From assembly GCF_902652985.1 (NCBI RefSeq), contig NC_047020.1:40424001-40488000 (forward strand): 64,000 bases of DNA, written 5' to 3'. Below, piece by piece: positions 24,555-35,439 of the stretch. This DNA comes from Pecten maximus (taxonomy: Eukaryota). Numbering within the stretch: position 1 is the first letter of the stretch; each line of letters begins with the position of its first letter. The translations under genes were made by a program, and so were the position numbers. The notes below the pieces were generated by a model, which saw only the letters and a program-made list of their open reading frames with translations, had not been told where the DNA came from and did not search any database.

Positions 24555-26279
24555 TTATGCCACCGGGTCACGGAACTGAATGTTTCCATCTTCATAGTAA
24601 TTGTCTATGCAGTCATGACTGTCAAATTTCGGACATTTTGAAAATGTTTTAACCCTCCCTAATCCTACCTCTCTGAAATGCTGTTGATGCATGAATATAT
24701 CTGGATATATAGTACGTGCAAATAATGCTGGGTTTCTCATTCCGTTTACAAAACGTCCATTAAATGGAATTCTGGTCAAATTTCGGTGTTTAGACCTTAC
24801 TTCGTATGACTCCATCGTATCACGTGACCAGATATCCACATGCCAGTGTTTGGACGTTGCACCTAACTGCGCGGGAATGGATTTTGGAGCGCAATTACCT
24901 AAATGTTCCACTCCGACTCGTATGCCTCTAGATCTCAGTTTTACTCCGGCATTTTTCAAATTCGTGAAATCAGGACACCAAAAATGGATATCTGCGTCTA
25001 TTTCCCATGGGATCACATTGTACATTTTCACAGCTCCGAGGACTGTTCCAGCATTCATTTGACACGATCCATTAATCTTTTCACACATGTCCATGAAGCC
25101 ATAAGTTAAGTCTGTCAGCTCTTGAACACAGCACGGTGATCTTACAAATCCTTTTATTCTTTTGCATGGATACGAGTAATTACATCCAAACTGTATAGTC
25201 AGTCCAAAAGAAAACTTTAACTTGTAAAGATTCCGTTTTCGTCCAAACTTCTCCCAGTCTTTTGTCAGCTCACTACGGCGTGGAAAATCCATATCAAACA
25301 AGGAGTCAGGACACAGAGCAACTTCCGTATTAAGTCTCATAAAGAAGTCCTCGTATAATCCCATTGATGTCAAATTATTATCAAATTTGATTTGTTTTAA
25401 TATTTCTGTTTTCATTAGAAACGGTCCATCCACGTGATCACAAAACACACAGTCGTGCATTGACTCGTCATATCCTTCCTCGTATACCACCGTGTAGTTC
25501 CGGAATACTCTCTGATGGCAACCTAAACTCCAAACATTATCAGAGTTTCTGATAGCCCCGCCTACTGCGTTAACATTTAGACTCTCTATCTCACGTACAA
25601 GTCGTTCGATTCGTGCATTTGAGTCGAGTTCAGTCACATTTCGCAAAACTAATGTATATTTAGTTTTCACTTCTTTCATTAATGTGTTCAATGCATCCCC
25701 TTCTGTGGTCGTAGATACCATGTGCTTTACACGTACATTACTCTTTTCCTTAACATTCTCACCGTAGTCACCAACTATCATTGGGAGGTTTTCACCGTAC
25801 GTATCTTTAATGAACTCTTTGTCTGTAGGTGAGCCATAGTCAAGACGAATGACTGTGACTATTTCCTGAAGAGGCTTAGCGTGAGAACAATTCATGATTT
25901 TGTTCTTTTTATCATCATGATACTCGGGACACATACTACTGGGTTCATACACATTCCGTTTTGTGGCGTCTTCAAAGGAGGTTCCAAATCCTTTCAGAAT
26001 TGCGTCCATGTATTCACTTGCATATTTTAATGCCCTCCGTGTTTTAAATCCTCTTGCGTGTATCCTCGCCCTTTTGAGATACATGGCTACATCAAATATC
26101 TGTCGAGGGATGTTTGATACGTTTACTTGTATTGATGATATGTCGATTGTCTCGGTGCAGGTATCAGAATACTTGAAACTTTGAAAAAGGGATTGGTTGT
26201 CCGTACAACGCAATTGAAAGGAAACTAGGAGAGAAAGCATACTTCCTATTCCAAAACTGAGCATTAGGTAAACGCTGAC
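24555..26279 (-). CDS. FKRP/LicD-like type II membrane nucleotidyltransferase-fold protein, copy B, main coding exon (intact; ~576 aa with exon 1)
   Basis: The 569-aa ORF has an N-terminal hydrophobic anchor and a GT-A-like stem (VKTKYTLVLRNV..RIERLV..NAVGGAIR..CVFCDHVDGPFL). It also has the FKRP-type Zn finger FGCNYSYPC..SPCCVQEL and the catalytic GTVLGAVK..VIPWEIDADI and HVDIW motifs. The acceptor ttttaacag|GTC is at 26279. Confidence 0.9.
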   Translation of the reverse strand, partial: VSVYLMLSFGIGSMLSLLVSFQLRCTDNQSLFQSFKYSDTCTETIDISSIQVNVSNIPRQIFDVAMYLKRARIHARGFKTRRALKYASEYMDAILKGFGTSFEDATKRNVYEPSSMCPEYHDDKKNKIMNCSHAKPLQEIVTVIRLDYGSPTDKEFIKDTYGENLPMIVGDYGENVKEKSNVRVKHMVSTTTEGDALNTLMKEVKTKYTLVLRNVTELDSNARIERLVREIESLNVNAVGGAIRNSDNVWSLGCHQRVFRNYTVVYEEGYDESMHDCVFCDHVDGPFLMKTEILKQIKFDNNLTSMGLYEDFFMRLNTEVALCPDSLFDMDFPRRSELTKDWEKFGRKRNLYKLKFSFGLTIQFGCNYSYPCKRIKGFVRSPCCVQELTDLTYGFMDMCEKINGSCQMNAGTVLGAVKMYNVIPWEIDADIHFWCPDFTNLKNAGVKLRSRGIRVGVEHLGNCAPKSIPAQLGATSKHWHVDIWSRDTMESYEVRSKHRNLTRIPFNGRFVNGMRNPALFARTIYPDIFMHQQHFREVGLGRVKTFSKCPKFDSHDCIDNYYEDGNIQFRDPVA

Positions 26280-26508
26280 CTGTTAAAAGAAACGTAAAAA
26301 AACAACATTACAATGTTTAAGGAGTGATTGAAGATGGATTTTTGCACCCACCATTTGATTATCTTTATTTGTTCTAAGCATGATCTTCTCTCTACGTTAA
26401 TCATCTGATAATGATCTGATCAGATGAAAGCTTTCATATGAAAGCTAAGAGGCATATTAAAGACATTTAAGAAGAATTTTCTGAATCTGACTAAAAACCA
26501 TATAGGCA

Positions 26509-27720
26509 AAACTAGAGACGAAAGAAAACCTACATAGGACGCTTCATTCAAGAAGAACCATATGTACATTTTTAGTAGGTACATGTTATCTCTAAAAGCT
26601 ATCGAAGTAGACCTTTTCGGGAATTGGGAATTTTAATACGAAATTTTGACTGCCTACCATTTTATTATCTAGATCGAATTCAAAATAAAGTTAGAACACA
26701 GAGAGGTTAACAATGGCCTCATCATATGGCAAGGAAGCAAATTATACACCATACGCATCAGTTTCCATATTATTCGGCTGACAGAAATGGAAATAGTTGT
26801 ATAAAACTTTTTCGTAAGATTTGATCTGTTTCACTTTTATTCTAATTACGTTTCCCGCTAACAACCAGTGTCAGAGATCCACTTTGTCCTTAACCTTTTC
26901 AACCAAATGTCCTTTACTTTTGATCCAGTGACCTTTATCTTTGGCCAATTTATTTCATTTAAACCTATGACCTTGATATCTGAAGTTGATTCCGTGTTTA
27001 ATTCCAATCCACTTTGCTTCATAAGGTCTTTACCAAATATTCTTACCAACGTGGCTTCGTCTTGCCAGAATAAAACGTCCATCAGTAAAAAGATGCAAAA
27101 TATGACCTTGGCCCCTGACCCAGTGACCTTACATTTAGTCAGCTGACTACTTGTTTAATTCTTCCTTATTTTGCTTCATAATGTCTTAACATAATAGTCA
27201 TCAAAAGAAAGATACAAAATTCGACCTTGACTTTTGACAACATAACCCAACTGCTTGTTTAATTCTAAAAGACTAGGGAACCTTCCAATGAATTTTGAGA
27301 AAATCTTCAAAGTTCCTCTCAAAATTTTGATAAGATACTTCAATTATCAAAATCCAATATGGCCTTTTGTTTCTGGATCACTGTCGATATCAAATATAAA
27401 CAACTACAGACTACGGAAAAGCTACCTGTGAAATTTGAGAAAAATCTTCCCAGGACTTCTGAGGAAAAAGCGATAGCATTCTTCAATTGTCAATTTTCAA
27501 GATGGCCGACTGTCGGCTATTTCGTTTTCCGAATTAGACTCAAAATCATATGACGACAACAACGGACCAAGGGAAACCTACCAATGAAGTTTAAGAAAGA
27601 AAAGTCTCTCCAGTACTTCTCCAGAAATAGCGATTAAAAATGTTTACGGACCGACGGTCGACGGACTGACGACGAACAACAAACGCAGGGCGATTTGAAA
27701 AATGTCCACCGGGCTAAAAA
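26509..27720. mobile_element. Helentron/HINE-like element in intron 1 of copy B
   Basis: Paralogue of 8859-10145; gacgg-rich microsatellite before the terminal gggctaaaaa. Confidence 0.55.
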
Positions 27721-29909
27721 TAGACAGGATATTAATTAATTTCCCTTTTCCTGTAGTTTTGTTTTTAGTTTTTTTTTTATATATATATAAAGATATATAT
27801 GTAATCAATTGATATATTCATTTCTAGGAGTCTTTACATAGAAATAAATTGTTACTGACACTCAATTGTCTATTTATACTGTTGATAACATTTTGTATCA
27901 CTTGCAAATTACTCAAAAGTCAACGTTTGTAAAGGAATCTTTGAAAAAATATAAGCATTGATGAAATCCGCGTGCATTTGTATAGCCCTGTGTTTGTTTG
28001 TTAAGGATGTGTTCTCACTATAAGTTTCATATTACGTTTCCATCAGATATATTAGTATTGGTTCGTTTGGATGGGGTTTACATTGAGTTTTAAGGTGGGG
28101 TCGGTTTTTTCGGGGGTTGTTTTTGGGCGGGGGTCGATTAGCTTATTTGTTTCACATATTTTGCACAACTAGCCATGCCATTTTGCTCTGATGTGTCTAT
28201 AAATGATAGCACACGCATATGGCATATAATGAGGCATTTCAAACATCAAAAATGTTCTTATTACACACTATCGACACTGACAGGAAGGCTATTTCCCAGG
28301 TTAGATTATTTGTATGACTTTTAATTATTTTCTGCTACATTTACGCAACGTCTATTATCATGTATGTCAAATCATTGGTGAATTAAAGAAACAACATATC
28401 CAAATAAACATTTTGATATATATTATATGATTAGTTTTGTACAAATGTATAGATATTTATTCGTGTTTAAACTTCAACATTATTTTCATATACAAAATTA
28501 CCCTTAGGTGCATGTGAATATTTTGAACTTCATCATTAAACATTGACGAGCAGTACGGTGCAGCAAGAAAGTGAAATAGATACTCAACGAAAAGAAAAAA
28601 AAATGTTGGTAACATTTATAAACTTTGGCGTACACGGAGTCTGAAACTTTGATGTCGTATATCACTGACCGGGTACATGTTAAACCCAAGCCATCTATAA
28701 ATAACCACAGTGGTCTTACCTGTTGTGATAAATTCATCTGTATTCACCTGTACAAACGATAGATGTATTATGTAATTTATACATTTTTTTCTTAAGTCAC
28801 TAGATGATGCACCAAACAAAACGGTAAAAGGTGCATTGTAACAGCCTATTGATGTTTGCTGTTGCCACCCGGGGGTAGGTTATTTGAGAACCGTATTTCT
28901 TGGTAGAGTATTTAATGGACAATGAACAAATGTTTCCGTCCCGAATAACATGTCTACATCGACAGGCTGGACGTCAGTTAGACTGACACGGATAAATAAC
29001 ATAATAAAAGCTTACTTACATTGCTACGATTACAAAAGTGTAAAATATTCAATCTCCTTTTATAGAACTCTTTAAAACCGATTTCATGAAGGGGAAATTT
29101 AAGGGTTTTATTGAGGTTTGGAACCAAGTGGTACTATTTCCTTTATCTAGTGACAGGTTATTACAAATTACAGGTATTATGTGTAATAATAGAGATAAAC
29201 TAAGACGATTATGAGGAATAATGAGAAATCCATCATAATATACCTACCCTTAAAGACATTTTTCATTAGATGATTTTAGCACGAGTAAATACGATCACCT
29301 CTCCTGGAGTATTCCGCTTCTGTATGAAGAAAATAAGTTGTTACGTGGCTCTTGAGAAATGTCCTTGTGTCACATTATGAAGTAGGATCTTCCGTGATGT
29401 ACTGCACAGCTCCAACAAAAGGGTATCGTGCTGCAAGTAATTCAGCAAGGAACACGTCATCCCGGGCCTCGCTTCCTGTAATTCTAACATCACTGTGCTG
29501 ATTGGTTAACAGCTGTGTGACACAGGCGACACACATACCCTGTAAAATGATATAATGTTTTAAAATCGATTTCAGGTATACAAGAGACTTCAAATATAGA
29601 GGGATAAGGTAACATAGGGGAATTTACGCTATAGAAACGTTTGTTTTCATATTATTACTGCATGATTTCTGTCGTCGATATGCATACCCATCAACAGGTC
29701 AAACGTACATGTCCTATTTTAGCAACATATGGCGCGAGTGCAGTTGGAGCTATGTAAGAAATTCAGCCTGACAATGATCACTGCATATAACACACCTGTA
29801 AAGAAAAAAAGAAAGCGTGGTAATATGATAATAAAACACTAATATCAGAGGCGTCTGCTTCTGGTTATAATAAAAAGATAAAAAAAAATATATATAGACC
29901 CTATTTATA

Positions 29910-30056
29910 CGATGCATCGACTGCGGAACGGAAGTAGACTTGCATTGGTCGACAATTAGAGTTAGTATTGTTTATAGAGTTGTCGACTAATCAGATTGCC
30001 CCATGAATACCATTCTAAAATATGTAGACTACTTCCGTCCCACAGTCGATGCATCG
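29910..30056. mobile_element. Small MITE-like palindrome (unit B copy)
   Basis: Paralogue of 12436-12582. Confidence 0.7.
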
Positions 30057-32585
30057 TCGGCTATCACGATCGCTTTTGATCCATCTTCTCATTATCAAAT
30101 TATTGTCTTACGTCAAAAAAATAACATGCATTGATATTTAAGGATTGTAAACCAAGGTACGTTACTGAAGTTTGTGTTCTAACCCCAACTTCCGGTTTTT
30201 CGAGTGTTACACCTTGTTTACATGTACAATTCTTCTGTACGGAATATATACCTTTTTTCGAATTCAAGTGCTATAATCTACTTTTTCATCTTTCAACAAG
30301 AGATCGAGGAAAGATATTGGCGCCCACCATTGAATAAATGTTTTTGCTCTATGTATAGTAATGTATCTGCCTTAATGGTCTGATAACAAGGAAGCCCTCG
30401 TAAGAAATGTAGGAGTCATATTAGAAGCAATTGTTCTGTGAATTAGAAATATGCATAACTTGGCACCAAGAGTAATCTACATACAGTATGAAGCCTGAAT
30501 CAAGGAAAACCTACATATGAAATCTAAGATATCTACGAAGAACATTCTTGAATTAGAAATCTTAACACAAAAATTAACTGGCAGCCATTTTGTTTTCTTG
30601 GTCAAATTCCAAATGAGGCTAATACACCGAGAGGTCAGCAAGGGCACTGCCATGTGTATAGGGAGCAAACTTTACATCATACACATCCTACTCCTTATCT
30701 TTTGGGCTTACAGAAATGGAAATACCTGTATTAAACTCTTGTTCTTTACTTTTGACCCTTAAGGTCTGAACAAATTTATTAAAGATTATTAAAGACACAA
30801 ACTGAACTCTGGCCTTTGACCCAGTGACCTTGACATTTGGAAAAAGAACTACTTGTTTATATTCCCAGCAACATTGATTCATCACCTCATAGCTGAGATA
30901 CAGAGATGCACGAGTATATATATATACTATAAATATAGTCTATGGGTTTTAAAACACCAATGCAAGCCGTCTCTGCACACTACTTTTGAGCATGCGCAAA
31001 CCCGATAATGAGTGTAAACAAACTGAGTTACGTGTTACATAGAAAACGGAGACAGTAAATGTATGAAACAAATATGGAGTATTACTGTTTGGAAAGGAAT
31101 ATGACAGATGTGACTTTTTAAGCGGTTGCGACAACAAGGACGGAATTGAAAGCAATACCTTACCAAGATCCTGATCGGGCTACTGGTTTGTTTTTGTTCT
31201 GTACAACTTTTGTTATCCTCTTATCTAATACGTACCTGTTTTGGTATTGTTCTTACTACATCATGGTTGAAATATGCTTGCATTCGTACACAAATGTAAA
31301 TACCTTAGGGAAATATGATGCACTAGGTAAGGTTATTACGGGGGTCCTTAAGGGTAATAATCTACTACGGATTAATGTTGTCAGGTAGGCTAACCAAGTG
31401 ACATTTTTCTACCAGAGGGCTACTTATTATATCTCTCCATTATATGGCTTCATAAAGGTAAAACAGTGCAAGAATTTTCAGGATATCTGAATTCTTTAAA
31501 CAATTTATTTTTATTTATTGTTCAGACTGTAAAAGATGCAAAAAATAAAGAAAGTTTTCAGTAAAAGCAAGATTCATACAGTAGAATGTTTTAAAACGTC
31601 AGAAAACATGTCATTTTGATAATATCTGTACAACTTTCTCTATAATGCTATTTTTTTCGTCCACAATTTCTTGATCATTTGCTATAACGTGTAGTTGTTA
31701 CAATAGCTATTTATTTAGTTCTGCTGAAATAAACTACCACATTTATTGTAACCTGACCTGCATAAAGTCTATTTTCCATCTCTTTTTTTTCTTTTCTTTT
31801 TTTCTCTCGTAAAAAATAGGTTGAGGCTTAAGTAATAATCTGCTGTACCTTTTTTTTCTTTCTTTTTAACAATTGTACTCTCAAAATTTTGTAAACCTAC
31901 TTAATGCACACCTCCAATTTAAGAGACATCAAAAATATATAATTCCAAAAATGTATATATAACATCCGAATCCGTATATAGGTCTTACACAGAAATCGAA
32001 TGTCACACAATTAAGTAATCAATATAGAGGTACTCATAGAAACAGTAGCCTTCATACTACATTGTAATTAGCATGAGACCAAATATTATTGATAAATTAT
32101 TTAGTTTAAGAATACTCGATTCATGTGGATATACAATATACAACACATGTTTTAGAATCAGCCCACTAGAGCAGGTATTATCCGTAGTCATATTTATTTT
32201 TTTAAAAGAGTAACCACGTTTCAAAGTTTTTGATTTGCATGATGTTATCATATTAATTGAAAATATTCTATATGAAATGTTTGTCCTGACAGAGATATAT
32301 ACTATTGTTGTCCAATTCAATAGTCTAGATCTTCATATATGAAAATCATGATCATAATCGTAATATTGCCCCATGGGCCGAGTTTATACATCTAAAATCC
32401 AATAAACTTTATACAGAAAACTTGATACAGCAAATTGCCTTTATCCCGTTATTGAGATTTGATATTCAATGCATTTTATCGAACAAGTATAGCAATTATG
32501 ATTTTGACATCAAACATGTATAGCAGTCAGGGGGATCGAAAACGTGTGTGGACACGTATCTTCCTTATAGATGTATTTCCATTAC

Positions 32586-32591
32586 CTTCAT
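32586..32591 (-). CDS. Putative coding exon 1 (Met-Lys) of FKRP-like copy B
   Basis: ATGAAG|gtaatg in frame with exon 2; TATATAAAA at 32647-32655. Confidence 0.55.
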
Positions 32592-32724
32592 ACGAAAAGC
32601 GGATATTTTGTTATGAGTAAACCTAATTATCAGGCATACAAACACATTTTATATACCCCTGTGGTGAGCAACGTGAGTTACACACCATGTACATCAAAAT
32701 CTATTTAGCCGAACTTCTGTCATT

Positions 32725-33418
32725 TATGGTGGCATGGATCTGCCATCACATAACGAGATAATTTTGTCAACGTAGCGAGATAAATATACCATATAGCGAG
32801 ATAATAAAACGACATAGCGAGATAAAACAACCGACATAGCGAGATAATTTAATGCGTTTACGAAGTCGCTATCTCGACATCTCGTCGTATTAGATGCTAC
32901 TACTGACATGGATTTTTTTCTTGTCAACGTCACGTGACCTCCATTCGGAAGTTCAGCGCGCCAGTGCACACGAGGCTTGGACAGGGAAGCTGAACGTCCC
33001 AACACCTGTCCAAGCCACAGGCGCTTGCATAGAAAATATGATTTTCGATTTTTTTTATATACATGTGTATATGACAGTGGTATGTGTAATCTGTTAAGCT
33101 CAACAGATTACACATACCACTGTCATATCATTTTTTTTTTTTTTTTGAAAATCGCATTTTCTATGCAAGCGCCTGTGGTCCAAGCTTCGTGTGCACTGGC
33201 GCGCTGAACTTCCGAATGGAGGGAACAAAATCCATGTCAGTAGTAGCATCTAATGCGGCGAGATGTCGAGATAGCGACTTCATAAACGCATTAAATTATC
33301 TCGCTATGTCGGTTGTTTTATCTCGCTATGTCGTTTTATTATCTCGCTATATGGTATATTTATTTCGCTATGTTGACAAAATTATCTCGTTATGTGATGG
33401 CAGATCCATGCCACCATA
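32725..33418. mobile_element. Fold-back MITE, IS3EU-like (TATGG...CCATA termini, 6-bp TSD GTCATT)
   Basis: 694-bp near-perfect palindrome centred at ~33096-33101, with gtcatt at 32719-32724 and 33419-33424. Unit A has the empty site (single gtcatt at 15244-15249). Confidence 0.88.
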
Positions 33419-34450
33419 GTCATTGTATCCATGATGTGAACGTGATATCAGGATTTTCATGAAATACAATGTAAACTGCCCAACTTTCCAGTTTTGTAAA
33501 CCATCTAATTTTCAGAAACATATATGTATACGTCCTAATTCATTATAAATTAAATTGTTTGCTATATGTAAACATCAATACCCGACATTAACAAGGATTA
33601 ATAATGACAGCGATGAGACACACTTTTCAAACCCATGATTGATACATATTGTCAAGAACGTCGATCATGTCCTTTATATCGTTGTACACATTATATACAT
33701 GTATTTATACCATATGTAACGACCGTGGACAGGACTTTGATTATTAGAATGTTGTTATGTTTTTTTCCAGTACAAATGTGTACAATTTTTTTCACTGGAC
33801 TAAAAAGACAAAAATTAATGTTACACAATACTAATGATATAGACAAAATGAACATGTTATAAATGATATTGTTTCACTCATAAAATAACAAGGTCTTTTT
33901 CTTAATTTCCTTTTTTACTAAAGGTTTGTGTTAGCGATAGATATCAAATGTTCTGGTAGAGTAGTAACTATCCTCTTCCGTTGCGTTTAGTGGCAACATT
34001 TCCCCATAATAATCATATTTTCTGCGTTAGGTGAATGTACCGGCCGTAACAATCGTTTGGCACGCATGTTGTTTACGTGAAGCCAGTCGATCGTCTGGAT
34101 GTGTTTGCAACCAATCCTAGATCTGTTCCCGCCAGAGGGCGCAACATGTTGCACTTTATTTGAATACGTAGCAGATAACCATTGACCGTGTATTAATTTG
34201 TCTGGATAAATATATTATCGCTTCTGCTTCAATTATAAAATCCACGTCCGACTTATTTGACCCTTTAATGTAATTGTACTGTATCGTGTTAATAAGGTCT
34301 TCTTAAACTTCTGAAACAATTTTGTGGGTACTTGATCTCTCGACAGTTAACAAATATATGACGATTGTCTATAGTGAACGTTATAGGGCCTGGTATGAAG
34401 GTGTTATTGCATTATTACGTCAACAATTTAATATGGCCGCTGTGACGTCA

Positions 34451-34713
34451 TTTAAGCATTGAACGGCTTTCAGTTGGCATTCCAGTTGGAATTCATATTG
34501 ACTATATGAATGCCAACTGAAAGCCGTTTAATTCTTATATTTACCATCTGCGATTTTTTATTTGTCATGCGATTTTTGTTTTAAAATTTTCAAATTCAAA
34601 TTTCCCGCGCTTACCAGTAGCAGAGATCACTTCCTGTTGGCAGTTCATAGGCTGGTGAACTCGCAACTGAATTGGTAGGGTTATATAGTGGCAGTGCCAT
34701 ACAATGGTAAATA
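34451..34713. mobile_element. 263-bp insertion with two pairs of inverted repeats (Crypton-like non-autonomous architecture, tentative)
   Basis: Absent in unit A (gtcatacctta near 16270). It contains the hairpin aacggctttcagttggcattc/gaatgccaactgaaagccgtt and the pair tatttaccat/atggtaaata, with no clear TSD. Confidence 0.6.
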
Positions 34714-35439
34714 TACCTTAATAATTTGAATGACTAAAACTAGAAAACAATCCCCTTAACAGTTTTTTTTTCGGAAAGATATTATTATACTATGTTTGGG
34801 GCTAATTTTCAAATTGTATGTCTCAATCTCGGGGAAATTATTTACTTGTATTCATATTTTACCTAGATTTGTATGACGTGTGTCGTCGATGATTTAGAAG
34901 ACGCTTACCATTCCGGAACAATTTGTCTTATTATCCTGGTACGTTTCTAATGGTGTTCATGCAAATCAATATATATGTATATTCAATTCTTTATCGATTT
35001 CTAGAATAGTTGTTTCCATTGAAATCCATAACATAGTTTTCCCCTCGATCAATTTTTGGTTGGAATAACGGTTTCGTGATTATGCCGGGATTCTCTAATT
35101 TTTTAACATAGATTATTTTACTTACAAAATAATCTTAATCTAGCAAACATTGATGAACCATATAGAAACATTGTTGATAACCATGGAATCTCAAACTAAA
35201 CTTTAATATGAATATCGCTTGATATCAATAACAATTACAACAGCATTGAACTTCGTGATTTGCATTTTTGCAACGGAAGTAAAATATTGGTAATTAAAAC
35301 ATCCGATTGGCACATCAAAATCGTCGTGTATTACCTACATGTACTTGTATTCAATTAAACATTGTTTGATACTAGATTATGCTTCAATTACAAACATACA
35401 GTTGAAACTAATTAACTCCTATTGAAGCCTTCCGCGATT

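Noticed and set aside
24555-26264. Assigning the symbol FKRP, or calling a bacterial licD horizontal transfer because the CDS is one long exon
   Set aside because: The extra domains, the PWEIDAD motif and the tandem expansion argue against simple orthology. The signal anchor, FKRP-type Zn finger and upstream intron indicate an animal gene, and vertebrate FKRP also has a single coding exon.
32724-33419. Mirror-image ORFs on both strands (MSVVASN..DGRSMPP)
   Set aside because: A consequence of the palindromic MITE.
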